A stretch of 64,000 bases of DNA from an uncultured Candidatus Saccharibacteria bacterium (GCA_964600255.1 CAZRIX010000001.1:43948-107947), one strand, 5' to 3'. Shown: positions 39,377 through 49,414, counted from the stretch's first letter. The notes: generated by a model not told the origin, from the sequence alone. Numbers and translations are program-made.

Positions 39377-40306
39377 TTACAAGGACTTGAAGATCCCCAA
39401 CTTAATGAGAATCCAGATAGAAATGCCTGACCAATCAAAGCATCTCTCGAAGGTCGTCTCGCCTTGCCAATACAGTTGACTGCGATCAACTCGTGTATTC
39501 CTCCCCTCCCTTACACATTTAAGTGAAGGGTAGGCGTTATGGTGATTGTTGTGCCACCCTTCACCTAATGTAAGAATCGCGCATATCAAACTATTACGAC
39601 TTTCATCTCCGGTGCTATACCTCTGTGTTCCAATCAAATGCATGGCGGAATTAATGAGGAACGTGCCGTGCCAAAGAATCGTCGTAGCGAAGAAATAAGC
39701 ACACAAGGAAAAGATGAAATTCCAAATGAAAGAAGTATATCCACCAATCGAAAGTAGCCCCCCGACTAGTGAAAATATTCCTCCACCTGAAATAATACCG
39801 ATCCATTGGCGATTCTCGATCCACCTCAGAAACATGTTTCTACCTAAAAGAGGTATGAGTGACCAATCAACAACTCTATCACTCCCCTCCTTAACTACCC
39901 AGAGCCAATGGCACCATGGTATACCTCGCTGTTTGCAACTATGGTGATCCTCAGGCTCGTCTGAGTATCTGTGGTGCCATACATGCTCTGCAGCCCACTG
40001 ACAAACACCACGTTGAGCATCTGCAGATGATATGAAAGCAGAGACATTCTCCATCCACTCAAAACGCAGTCTGAATGAACGGTGGGCAAAATACCGATGT
40101 CTCCACACAGTTATGAACCACATCCCGATCTTGTATCTAAAGAACACCATGAACAAAGAGAGTAGGAGGTTCTCAACACTAAGTGATCCCGCAACACCTC
40201 TCCAAATCAAGGAAAGTAGCCAGGCCACTCCTATCACTTGTACACCGAAAAACACATATGTGTTCGGTGACTTCCAATCTACTTGCGATAACGCTTTCAT
40301 GTACAA
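39377..40306 (-). CDS. Membrane fatty-acid (acyl-lipid/acyl-CoA delta-9-type) desaturase
   Basis: Three His boxes: HRYFAH, HVWHHRYSD and WHNNHHNAYP, in the order and spacing of stearoyl-CoA desaturases. GC ~45%. Confidence 0.65.
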   Translation of the reverse strand: MYMKALSQVDWKSPNTYVFFGVQVIGVAWLLSLIWRGVAGSLSVENLLLSLFMVFFRYKIGMWFITVWRHRYFAHRSFRLRFEWMENVSAFISSADAQRGVCQWAAEHVWHHRYSDEPEDHHSCKQRGIPWCHWLWVVKEGSDRVVDWSLIPLLGRNMFLRWIENRQWIGIISGGGIFSLVGGLLSIGGYTSFIWNFIFSLCAYFFATTILWHGTFLINSAMHLIGTQRYSTGDESRNSLICAILTLGEGWHNNHHNAYPSLKCVREGRNTRVDRSQLYWQGETTFERCFDWSGISIWILIKLGIFKSL

Positions 40307-40448
40307 TCCTTGGTTAAGGTCTGTACTAATTTTAACATATGTAACTAGTTGAATAAGGTGGTGTTAAAAACTTCGATAACATAACCTTACATGCCGTCAG
40401 TCAAAAAACCGTATAGTTATTTTGATTGATCATTATATCAAATCTTTG

Positions 40449-40520
40449 TGACCCTACAGAGAGTCGAACTCTGGTTAACGGATTGAAAACCCGCTGTCCT
40501 AACCGTTAGACGATAGGGCC
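40449..40520 (-). tRNA. tRNA-Glu (UUC)
   Basis: 72-nt cloverleaf on the minus strand. Anticodon loop UUUUCAA. D- and T-arms close to bacterial tRNA-Glu. CCA not encoded. Confidence 0.8.
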
Positions 40521-40556
40521 ATTTGGCACTTTCAAATACTAACATATTTTTAAAAA

Positions 40557-40907
40557 ATGGCAAAAAATGCTACAATTTTGACGTTAAAAATAACACATAA
40601 AAATATGAAAGGATTTATTGATTTTATACGTACACAAGGGGTGGTTGGGCTGGCTGTAGGATTCATTTTGGGTAAGGCTGTATCAGACGTAGTGGCATCT
40701 ATAGTAAATGACCTTATAAACCCTATTATAGGCATAGTTTTGGGCCGTTTTGGGGACCTTTCTGCCCTATCTTTGCATGTATTATCAGCCAATATTACCT
40801 ACGGTAAATTCATAAGTATACTAATAAACTTCGCCATAATTGCCGGGGTGGTATATTTTGGAGTAAAGAAGTTGGGATTGGACAAGCTTGATAAGCCGAA
40901 GGTTTAG
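40557..40907 (+). CDS. mscL: Large-conductance mechanosensitive channel
   Basis: GFIDFIRTQGVVGLAVGFILGKA N-terminal signature. Two TM helices. 116 aa. Confidence 0.85.
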   Translation: MAKNATILTLKITHKNMKGFIDFIRTQGVVGLAVGFILGKAVSDVVASIVNDLINPIIGIVLGRFGDLSALSLHVLSANITYGKFISILINFAIIAGVVYFGVKKLGLDKLDKPKV

Positions 40908-40956
40908 AGTTAGTATAAAAAGCAAATCTTCTCGATTCTAACGGATCGAGAATCAT

Positions 40957-41032
40957 GCGCGGTTAGCTCAGTTGGTAGAGCATCCCCTTGACGTGGGGAG
41001 GGTCACAGGTTCGAGTCCTGTATCGCGCACCA
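40957..41032 (+). tRNA. tRNA-Val (GAC), CCA encoded
   Basis: 76-nt cloverleaf GCGCGGTTAGCTCAGTTGGTAGAGC...ACAGGTTCGAGTCCTGT...CCA. Anticodon loop UUGACGU. Confidence 0.85.
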
Positions 41033-42085
41033 ATGATTACATTAGGAATCGAAACAAGCTGTGATGAAACAGCACTATGTTTACTTGAATCAAGCGATAG
41101 TGACCGTGATGTTAAATACCGTGTACTTGGCAACATCGTTCACTCTCAAATAGATTTACATCGTGAATTCGGTGGTGTCTTCCCTATGCTTGCCAAAAGA
41201 GAACACATTAAGAACCTTCCAATTTTATATAAAAAAATAATCGAAGATAGCGGTGTCGATGAAGGCAATATAAACAGAATCGCTGTCACAAAGGGCCCTG
41301 GTCTTGAACCTGCTTTGTGGACTGGAATTCTTTTTGCAAATGATTTGGGTAAAAGACTGAACATACCGGTAATCCCTATAAATCATATGGAGGGTCACAT
41401 CATGGCTTCTTTGATATCAGATTCAAAAGCTAGTAGTGAATTTCAAATGTTAAAAGAAATCCAGTACCCAGCTCTGGCCCTACTTATAAGTGGTGGTCAT
41501 ACAGAAATTGTAAAAATTCACGAACATCAAAAATTCGAAATACTTGGTAGTACGGTAGACGATGCAGTTGGTGAGGCGTTCGATAAAGTAGCCAGAATGA
41601 TGAATCTCCCATATCCAGGTGGGCCAGAGATTTCAAGGCTTGCGGAACAGGCTCGTAAAGAGAATATACCGAATCTAGTCACTCTTCCCCGCCCAATGAT
41701 TCATTCCAAAGATCTTAGATTCTCTTTTTCTGGACTCAAAACTGCGGTTCTTTATGCACTAAAAAAGATTGAGAATCTAGATGAAAATCAAAAGAAAGAT
41801 ATAGCTCGAGAATTTGAAAATTCTGTTACCGAAGTTCTAATATCAAAGGTTAAGTTGGCTATAGAGGATAATGAAGTAAGAACGCTAATAATAGGTGGTG
41901 GTGTGATCGCCAATAAATACATTAGAGAAAATTTTGAGAAGTTGGCAAATGAGAGTAGTTTACCTCTATACCTACCTGGCGCTGGATTGACTGGAGATAA
42001 TGCACTAATGATAGCACTCGTTGGAGCAATAAAACCCTCTGATAGTCATGAGGGCTTTAGAGCTGAAGGAAATTTGTCTTTTTAG
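41033..42085 (+). CDS. tsaD: tRNA N6-adenosine threonylcarbamoyltransferase TsaD (Kae1/YgjD family)
   Basis: MITLGIETSCDETA N-terminus (GIETSCDxT). HMEGH metal motif. The ORF-track start at 40988 overlaps the tRNA, so the ATG at 41033 is preferred. Confidence 0.8.
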   Translation: MITLGIETSCDETALCLLESSDSDRDVKYRVLGNIVHSQIDLHREFGGVFPMLAKREHIKNLPILYKKIIEDSGVDEGNINRIAVTKGPGLEPALWTGILFANDLGKRLNIPVIPINHMEGHIMASLISDSKASSEFQMLKEIQYPALALLISGGHTEIVKIHEHQKFEILGSTVDDAVGEAFDKVARMMNLPYPGGPEISRLAEQARKENIPNLVTLPRPMIHSKDLRFSFSGLKTAVLYALKKIENLDENQKKDIAREFENSVTEVLISKVKLAIEDNEVRTLIIGGGVIANKYIRENFEKLANESSLPLYLPGAGLTGDNALMIALVGAIKPSDSHEGFRAEGNLSF

Positions 42086-42102
42086 AATTGCCTAAATACA
42101 AA

Positions 42103-45100
42103 CTATTTTCCAAATAGTAATTTCAATATCTTAAGGAAATATGTCTTTGTACCTACAACAATAGCTGATGTCACCTTTGAGATCGTGCCTTTATTACCTT
42201 TTACTGCAGTTTTGTTAGCACCAGCATCATTCTTTGTACTTGAGACAACCCCTATTAATCCTGTAGCCTTCTTAGATACTACACTCGTCCCTGACTCACT
42301 AGCTTTTACTTCCTTAGAATTTTTTGAACTTTCTAGTGGCTTTAATGTTGGCGCCTTTGTGACTGGGTCCGGCACAAGACTTGCAAATGGTGAGGTTAAC
42401 TGCCTTACAAAATTAATTGCTTTATGTGGATTTACAGCGGTCACAATAGCAGCTACTGGAGTTACAATCTCAGGTTCTGGATTGTATATAGTTATAACTA
42501 CACTTGTTGTTGCGAAGTTATTTGATGAATCGCGTGCTACAGCATATACAGTATAGCTACCATCAGCATAACTAGTACTATTGAGAGAAGTAAAATATGG
42601 ACTAGCCACATCCTCCACTCCCAAATATACTCCATCAATCATAAATCGAACTCCAGCTAGCGATACATTATCTACTGCAGATGCAACTATACTTACCGCA
42701 TTTCCAGATACCACTTCAGCGTTAGCTGGAGATACGATGGAAATAACAGGGGCAGTTATGTCTGGCACAATATTTGAAACCGTAATACTTACCGATGTTG
42801 TCGCATAGTTATTTGATGAATCCCGGGCAACCGCAGTGACAACATAATTACCATTTGCAACTGAAGTACTGTCAAAAGATATTGTGTATGGACTACTTGT
42901 ATCTTCTGATCCAAGATTTACATTATCGAGTTTAAACTGTACCCCTGCGACAGCTATGTTATCTGTTGCTGTAGCGGCAATGCTGTAAGAGCTTCCTGAG
43001 ACCGTAGCGAGGTCTGTAGGTGATGTAATAGATACAACTGGATCTGTAGTATCGGGTATTACAACTGCCAAAGCAGAAGCCATATTAGAATTACTTGTTC
43101 CACTAGCATCAACTAGTCTTATTCTGTAATAATAATCAATTCCATCGGAAATATATGGATCAGTAAATGTTGTTGTACCCTCTGGCACCAAATCTGAAAC
43201 TATGTTTTGAGTAAATAGGAAATTCGTAGCTCTATCTACATACAACATATGTGATGTTGTAGCATTGTTTGTCCAAGTCAGATCAACTTGATTTGCTCCT
43301 CTAGTAGCATCCAAACTTGTTGCAGCTGGAGTCAAACTTACTGATGGGAATACATCATCTAGATTCCAACTACTGTTCCATGAAATAGACATCGTATTGT
43401 TTGTTGGGAATGTCAAAGGTAACCAAACATGTCTACTGTTATACAATGATCCAGCGAGATTATTACTATAATCAAATCTATCTCCGATATAAATATATGC
43501 ATCACCACGTCCAGGTATATGCTCTATATCCGTTGTCTGGGAACGGTAAGCAATCATTCTATCTTCCTCAACACTAACCTGGAATGGATTTACAAGTGGT
43601 GACCAATTGCCCATAACACTCGTTGAGGTTGAATATTTATTCTCGTTTGGAGCCCATCCTGTTAGTCCAGATGTAAGTAGGAAGTACACACCATTTCGAA
43701 GTATCATCTGAGGACCCTCACGACCAATCAATACATTTGGTCTAACATATGTTCCAGAAGTGGTTAGATAATCATCTGATAGTTTTGAAATAACGAAATG
43801 CGTATTCGGACCGTCTGAGTATAGTAGATATCCTGATCCATCAGTATCCTTAAATAGGTTCATGTCGTTTAGATAGAATCCATCTGGGTTGTAAGATGAT
43901 GAAGCAATAGTGAATGCCCCGTATGGTGTGTCGTTGTAAGCAACCACTGCTGTAGATTTTCCGGATGCGATAACTCGGTGACCCCATAGTACGTATTTTC
44001 CAGTCGTGGCGTTATATAGCACGTGTGGTCTTTCTATCATATAACTTCTACCGAGATAAATAACAGGACCTTCATCTTTCCAATTTATCAAATCACTTGA
44101 TGAGTAACATGATATACCTACTGCTTCGATTTCTGGATCGTTTGCATTAAAAATCTGTCCGTACCAATAGTACTTACCGTTAAAGAATTGTATTTCTCCA
44201 TCATGTGACTCAATCAAATGGTTATCAGTATCTAACCAATCCTGTCCTGGCTTAAAATCGATATCGAACCAATATCTAGATTGAGGCGAGACTTCAGAGA
44301 CGAACATGCCATCACTTATAGCTATAGATTGAACTGTGGATGATGCACTCAGTACAAACGGTGCAGTGTATAGTACCGTTGTACCTTGTGGGACTCCGTC
44401 TACTACACTAGGAATACTACCGTCAGTTGTATAGTAAATAGATGCGTTGGTTGTGATACTAGAAAGTCTTACTCTAATTGGTTGTGCATACTTTCCTCCA
44501 TTTGGCGAAGCTGTAGGGTGAACAGGGGTATATGGAGTGGTTGTGCCAGGATTTCCAATCAATCTAAATTCGGCTAGGTTACCGTAGTTTCCATCTGGCA
44601 TAACTAGTCTGTAAAATCTGTATGCACTACCGCCGGCGTCGATAGCAATCTCACTCATCTGTCGCTGAGCATAATACGGAGGATATGGTTGTATTGTGTG
44701 TATAGTTGTCCAAGGTCCAGTACTAGAACTGACATTTGCTCCTTGCAGATATGCACCGTAAACTTGAACTGTGTATCCTGGTCTTGGTGCAATCTTCATT
44801 CGCGTTACAACAGCTGGTGCCTTTAGATCAAGGCCAACTAGAGAACCGTTTGCACTTTGAGAATCCCACCATGTAGAAGTATTGCCGTCATATACCTTTG
44901 AGTAAACATTTCCACTGTTATTGTAACTTCCTGGAGTTCCAAACTGGTATGCAGGTGAGATACTAAACTGTATTTCTCCAGTTGAAGTCGCTACCGGACA
45001 TGTTGCGGTGGTCAATGTCCTGTTTGGTCCATATGAAGTACCAGATAGGTTTATTGTATATGCTCTGAAGTTATAGACGGTAGCACATGATAGACCACTT

Positions 45101-48100
45101 ACTGTTAATGAGTATGGACCTACTGGATACAATCCAGTTTCAGTAGTTGTAGCTCCATAAGCGGAGTTTAGACCATACTGAAAACCTCTGGCTGTAGAAC
45201 TTGCTGCTCCGTCGTTTGTAATATTACCATTTAGTATTGCAGTGAAGCTTGTCGTTGAACTAGCTGCGGATGTAGTGATTGTTGCAGGCATAGAGTTATT
45301 CACGATCACTCCAATTGATGTAGACGTACTTACATTCCCTGTTGCATCCGCAGCAACAACTGAAATTGTATGATATCCATCTGCTACTGAAGTTGAATTC
45401 CAACTGATTGAATATGGTGATGTAGTTCCAGACGCACCTATACTAGTATTGGTATCAATTTTAAACTGTACACTTCCTATTCTCACGTTATCAGAAGTTG
45501 ATGCTGTAAGAGTTACGCTCGATCCTGTTAATGTTGAGCTGGCTGTTGGGACTACAATTGCTGTAGTCGGAGGAATTGTGTCAGCCAAAACTGTTATGGT
45601 TGTAGATGCGCCAGAATCTGGAGCCGTGATCCTCAATGTACCAGTACTACTACCAGCGGATACGGTGATGTTGGCACTGGTAGAGCTTGATACTACTTGT
45701 GACGTTATTGCTGCACCTGTACCACCACTTATTCCAAATGTAGGCGAACCGGGCGTACCAGAAGTCCAGCTGGTTGCATTTCCAGTCAGTGTTATCACAT
45801 TATTTATTGAGTTCTGATATATAGTCGGAGTATTGGCAGAAACAGTAATCTGGGTGTTTATTAGATTGACCAGAACGTCAGTTGATGTACCTACGTTGCC
45901 TGAAGAGTCGGTAACAATTACTCGTATATTATGAGGACCATCAGCAATACTTGCTGAATTCCATACTATTGAATACGGCGATGTTGTTCCAACCGCGCCG
46001 ATGTTTGTATTATCTACCTGAAACTGGACTGAACTTACACTAGTATCATCACTTGAAGTTGCCGTTAGAGTAACATTACCCAAAAGGTCTGCACCGTTTA
46101 CTGGAGACGTAACTGTTCCGGTTGGTGGAGTAACATCGGCTGATAGCAGGAAATTCGCGATAGCTGTTGTAGAGTTTGAAGTACCTGCAGCAGTCACAGT
46201 TCTGATTCTGTAGTAATATCTAGTATCGTTCACAATGTCAGTATCTACAAAATTTGAAATGGTAGTTGTTGCTCGTATTGAAATAAAGTTTTCAGTAAAA
46301 ATATTGTCAGTTGCCCTATCGATGTACAACTCATAGGAGTTCGTCTCATTATTAGTCCAAGACAGATTCACAGTCAGAGCATTCTTGGTTGCTGTGAGAC
46401 CGGTTGCGGCTTGTGTTGGTATAGAGGTTGTAAAAGCCTCGTCCAAAGTCCAGCCTGGATTCCAAGAGATCGACATGGTGTTGTCGGTTGGAAATGTAAT
46501 AGGTAAAAATAAATATGTACTATTGTATAGCGAGCCACTAGCCGTTGCTGAATTATCAAACCTATCTCCCAAATACATATACCCTTCGGTCCTGCCTTGG
46601 ATGGTTAATATGCCAGATGTATGAGATCTGTAAGCGATCGTATTATCTTCAGTTGCACTTGATTGAAAAGGATTAACTAGTGCAGAAAATGTACCCAGAG
46701 GACTGGTTGATGTTGAATATTTATTTGTTGTAGCAGTCCAACTATTTTGTCCACTATTTAACAAAAAGTAAACTCCATTTCTCTTTACCATTGCTGGCGC
46801 ACTTCTATTTGCATTCGCAGCTGAAATATTGGAAACACCAGACATACCTTCGTATGTACTATCTAGCTTGGAAATAATCATTTTAGAATTATCACTAGAT
46901 GTGTAAATTATGTATGCCGTACCATCTGTATCTTTAAATAGGTTGAGATCGTTCAATCCTAGGGCATCAGGATTAAGAGATGTGGTAACAACCCTAAACG
47001 GCCCGTATGGCGTACTTGATGTTGCGACTATTGCTCTAGAGTTTGTTACGTTTCTTGCCCACATAACATACCTACTTGTAGTAGCGTTATATATAACGTG
47101 TGGTCTTTCTAGTATATATGATGTATTTACATTAAAAACCAACCCCTGACTAGTCCAATTTACTAGGTCGGATGATGTATATAAGTTAACACCAAGTTTT
47201 TCCAACTCAGGTGAAATATTGTTCATTGACTCACCGTACCAGTAATATTTTCCATTGAAATAACTTATACCACCAGTATGTGCGTCTATGATATTGCCGT
47301 TATTGTCATGCCACGTGATTCCAGATCGGATTGCGGGATTGATGAAAAAATACGCTGGATTTGAAACCTCTGAGACATATGTATTTGCACTTACAGCAAT
47401 ACTTTTGATAGTCGTTGTTGCTGTTGTAGTTGCCATGAATGGACCTGTGTACAGACGAGTAGTACCTTGTGGTGAACCTCCACTAAAAGTTGGTGTCGTA
47501 CCATCGTTTGTATAATAAATAACTGCGTCCGTGGTTGAACTAGTAATAGTTACTTGAACTGGTTGTGCAAACTTTCCACCCATAGGACTAATCTTTGGGA
47601 CAACTGGTACGTATGGAGTCGTACTTGAAGCAATACCAATTAGTCTCATTTCTCCTAGAGATCCGTAGGCACCGTTTGGCATGACTAGGCGGTAATATCT
47701 GTAGAACAATCCACCAGTATTTATTGGTATTTCAGAAAATTGTTTCTGAGGATAGAACGGAGGATAACTAGGTATTGTATAAATCGTTGTCCAAGGTCCT
47801 GTAGAAGAACTCACGGTTGCACCTTGGAAAACAGCGCCATGTAGTCTAACCGTGTATCCTGTGCGTGGTGCTACCCACAGTTTTGTAACTTGCGCATTTA
47901 CAGTTAGATCCAATCCTACGTTTGAACCATTGGCAAAAGACTGATTGGCATCCCACCAACTAGTCAAATCTCCATCGAATACTTTGGCAATCGTGTTTCC
48001 GTTATTGAAATAACTTCCAGCTGTTCCTATTTGATATTGTGGAGCAATACTAAACTGAACTTCTCCTGTTGCTGCATATATGATTATAGGGTAAACAAAG

Positions 48101-48183
48101 GCGGAGATGAGCAAAAAGATTACTATGAAAAAGTGATCTTTAATCAACTTTTTTACTGCATAGTAAAATGTGCTCTTTTCCAT
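42103..48183 (-). CDS. Giant (2026 aa) secreted or surface protein with two tandem discoidin-like plus GH43-like beta-propeller modules, then FN3/Ig-like repeats
   Basis: N-terminal signal anchor. Two copies of an F5/8-type-C-like domain (DGDLTSWWDA / DGNTSTWWDS). Two clan GH-F propeller units (NGKYYWYG, SSDL.NW, ERPHV.YNATT..YV.W). Lys-rich C-terminal tail. Confidence 0.6.
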   Translation of the reverse strand: MEKSTFYYAVKKLIKDHFFIVIFLLISAFVYPIIIYAATGEVQFSIAPQYQIGTAGSYFNNGNTIAKVFDGDLTSWWDANQSFANGSNVGLDLTVNAQVTKLWVAPRTGYTVRLHGAVFQGATVSSSTGPWTTIYTIPSYPPFYPQKQFSEIPINTGGLFYRYYRLVMPNGAYGSLGEMRLIGIASSTTPYVPVVPKISPMGGKFAQPVQVTITSSTTDAVIYYTNDGTTPTFSGGSPQGTTRLYTGPFMATTTATTTIKSIAVSANTYVSEVSNPAYFFINPAIRSGITWHDNNGNIIDAHTGGISYFNGKYYWYGESMNNISPELEKLGVNLYTSSDLVNWTSQGLVFNVNTSYILERPHVIYNATTSRYVMWARNVTNSRAIVATSSTPYGPFRVVTTSLNPDALGLNDLNLFKDTDGTAYIIYTSSDNSKMIISKLDSTYEGMSGVSNISAANANRSAPAMVKRNGVYFLLNSGQNSWTATTNKYSTSTSPLGTFSALVNPFQSSATEDNTIAYRSHTSGILTIQGRTEGYMYLGDRFDNSATASGSLYNSTYLFLPITFPTDNTMSISWNPGWTLDEAFTTSIPTQAATGLTATKNALTVNLSWTNNETNSYELYIDRATDNIFTENFISIRATTTISNFVDTDIVNDTRYYYRIRTVTAAGTSNSTTAIANFLLSADVTPPTGTVTSPVNGADLLGNVTLTATSSDDTSVSSVQFQVDNTNIGAVGTTSPYSIVWNSASIADGPHNIRVIVTDSSGNVGTSTDVLVNLINTQITVSANTPTIYQNSINNVITLTGNATSWTSGTPGSPTFGISGGTGAAITSQVVSSSTSANITVSAGSSTGTLRITAPDSGASTTITVLADTIPPTTAIVVPTASSTLTGSSVTLTASTSDNVRIGSVQFKIDTNTSIGASGTTSPYSISWNSTSVADGYHTISVVAADATGNVSTSTSIGVIVNNSMPATITTSAASSTTSFTAILNGNITNDGAASSTARGFQYGLNSAYGATTTETGLYPVGPYSLTVSGLSCATVYNFRAYTINLSGTSYGPNRTLTTATCPVATSTGEIQFSISPAYQFGTPGSYNNSGNVYSKVYDGNTSTWWDSQSANGSLVGLDLKAPAVVTRMKIAPRPGYTVQVYGAYLQGANVSSSTGPWTTIHTIQPYPPYYAQRQMSEIAIDAGGSAYRFYRLVMPDGNYGNLAEFRLIGNPGTTTPYTPVHPTASPNGGKYAQPIRVRLSSITTNASIYYTTDGSIPSVVDGVPQGTTVLYTAPFVLSASSTVQSIAISDGMFVSEVSPQSRYWFDIDFKPGQDWLDTDNHLIESHDGEIQFFNGKYYWYGQIFNANDPEIEAVGISCYSSSDLINWKDEGPVIYLGRSYMIERPHVLYNATTGKYVLWGHRVIASGKSTAVVAYNDTPYGAFTIASSSYNPDGFYLNDMNLFKDTDGSGYLLYSDGPNTHFVISKLSDDYLTTSGTYVRPNVLIGREGPQMILRNGVYFLLTSGLTGWAPNENKYSTSTSVMGNWSPLVNPFQVSVEEDRMIAYRSQTTDIEHIPGRGDAYIYIGDRFDYSNNLAGSLYNSRHVWLPLTFPTNNTMSISWNSSWNLDDVFPSVSLTPAATSLDATRGANQVDLTWTNNATTSHMLYVDRATNFLFTQNIVSDLVPEGTTTFTDPYISDGIDYYYRIRLVDASGTSNSNMASALAVVIPDTTDPVVSITSPTDLATVSGSSYSIAATATDNIAVAGVQFKLDNVNLGSEDTSSPYTISFDSTSVANGNYVVTAVARDSSNNYATTSVSITVSNIVPDITAPVISIVSPANAEVVSGNAVSIVASAVDNVSLAGVRFMIDGVYLGVEDVASPYFTSLNSTSYADGSYTVYAVARDSSNNFATTSVVITIYNPEPEIVTPVAAIVTAVNPHKAINFVRQLTSPFASLVPDPVTKAPTLKPLESSKNSKEVKASESGTSVVSKKATGLIGVVSSTKNDAGANKTAVKGNKGTISKVTSAIVVGTKTYFLKILKLLFGK

Positions 48184-48285
48184 AAAAAGTTACATTCATT
48201 ATATCAAAAATGACACGATTTTTATACAATAAAACCCCCAAGTTATTCACATGAGGGTTTTATTGAAAAATAATTTATTTAGAGA

Positions 48286-49305
48286 TTATTTGTAACCGAA
48301 AATCCACTTTACAAATGACCAAATCTTTCCGAAGAATGATGTATTTGCTAGTGCGGCTGTCTGATTGTTACCGTTTGTACCTACTTCAGGAGAAAGTTGA
48401 ATTGTACCTGTAGCGTTTGTGCCGTCCTCTGCTGAGATGATTCCATTATCAATTGAGTTCTTGTATGCCTCTATTGTCGCCAACTGTGCAGCTGACAATG
48501 TTAGGTTTGTTCTACAATATATTTCATTTACCTTCTTCTGAGTTGTGTAGAATACTTCTCCTGTTGGAGTTGTAACTCCCCAAGGTGCCATAGTATCATT
48601 TACATACTTTGCCTGGAATGCCTTTACAGCATCTAGAGTCTTCTGATCAAACTGTCCGTTTATATCTACGTCTAGCTTCTCAGTATTCTTTAGGAATGAC
48701 TGTAGCTTTGTAACCTCAGCAGAATTATTGTTACCACCGAACTTTAGGAAAGTTGTTAGATAAGAACAATTTGCTACTGGAACAATAGTTGTAAAGTTAT
48801 TCAATGGTGCTGGACCTGATCCACCTGATGAACCACCAGAAACCTGGTTTCCGTTTGAAGAACTTCCACCATCTGTATTTGTATCTACTGGGGCTGGACC
48901 TGATGTATTCCCGTTATCTACTGTAGCTGGAGCTGGAGCATCAGCTGTTGTACCGTTTGATACTGTAGCTGGTGCTGAAGTGTTTCCATTATTTACTGTA
49001 GCTGGGGCACTTGTATTACCGTTATTTACAGTTGCTGGAGCTGCTGCATCTGCTGTAGTACCGTTTGATACTGCAACTGGTGCTGAAGTATTTCCATTAT
49101 CCTGTGTTGCAGGAGCACTTGTATTACCATTATCAGCTACTGATAGCTGTGTAGCAGTTGTGTGGTTTTCCACAGTTGCTGGAGCTGCAGTCGCTGTATT
49201 TCCATTATCAGCTACGTTAATGGCAAACGCTGGTGTTATAAACACAGCAAATGTCAGAACCGTAATTGACAGTAAACTTAGGCTTATTTTGATGTTTTTT
49301 GTCAT
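48286..49305 (-). CDS. Secreted protein with Asn/Gly/Thr/Ala tandem repeats and a C-terminal peptidoglycan-binding (PG_binding_1-like) domain
   Basis: Signal peptide. ~10 copies of the NGNTSAPATV-type repeat. C-terminal ...GGNNNSAEVTKLQSFLK...GQFDQKTLDAVKAFQ pattern. DNA-level tandem repeat at ~48880-49200. Confidence 0.55.
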   Translation of the reverse strand: MTKNIKISLSLLSITVLTFAVFITPAFAINVADNGNTATAAPATVENHTTATQLSVADNGNTSAPATQDNGNTSAPVAVSNGTTADAAAPATVNNGNTSAPATVNNGNTSAPATVSNGTTADAPAPATVDNGNTSGPAPVDTNTDGGSSSNGNQVSGGSSGGSGPAPLNNFTTIVPVANCSYLTTFLKFGGNNNSAEVTKLQSFLKNTEKLDVDINGQFDQKTLDAVKAFQAKYVNDTMAPWGVTTPTGEVFYTTQKKVNEIYCRTNLTLSAAQLATIEAYKNSIDNGIISAEDGTNATGTIQLSPEVGTNGNNQTAALANTSFFGKIWSFVKWIFGYK

Positions 49306-49384
49306 ATTTTTAATTATTATAATTCAACTTTTAACCTCGTTACCCTATCATACTAGAGTTAAAATGTCAATGGGTCAGACAAGA

Positions 49385-49414
49385 GAAAAGACCTACTCCG
49401 AAGAATAGGTCCTT
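49385..49414 (-). terminator. Intrinsic terminator of the high-GC secreted-protein gene
   Basis: GACCTA-N10-TAGGTC stem followed on the minus strand by TTTTCTCTT. Confidence 0.5.

Noticed and set aside
40988-41032. Extended tsaD start at 40988 from the ORF track
   Set aside because: That segment is the body of tRNA-Val. The conserved TsaD N-terminus begins at the ATG at 41033.
48880-49200. Regular ~33-bp direct repeats that could suggest a CRISPR array
   Set aside because: The repeats are in-frame within a long ORF and encode the NGNTSAPATV peptide repeat. There are no unique spacers and no cas genes.
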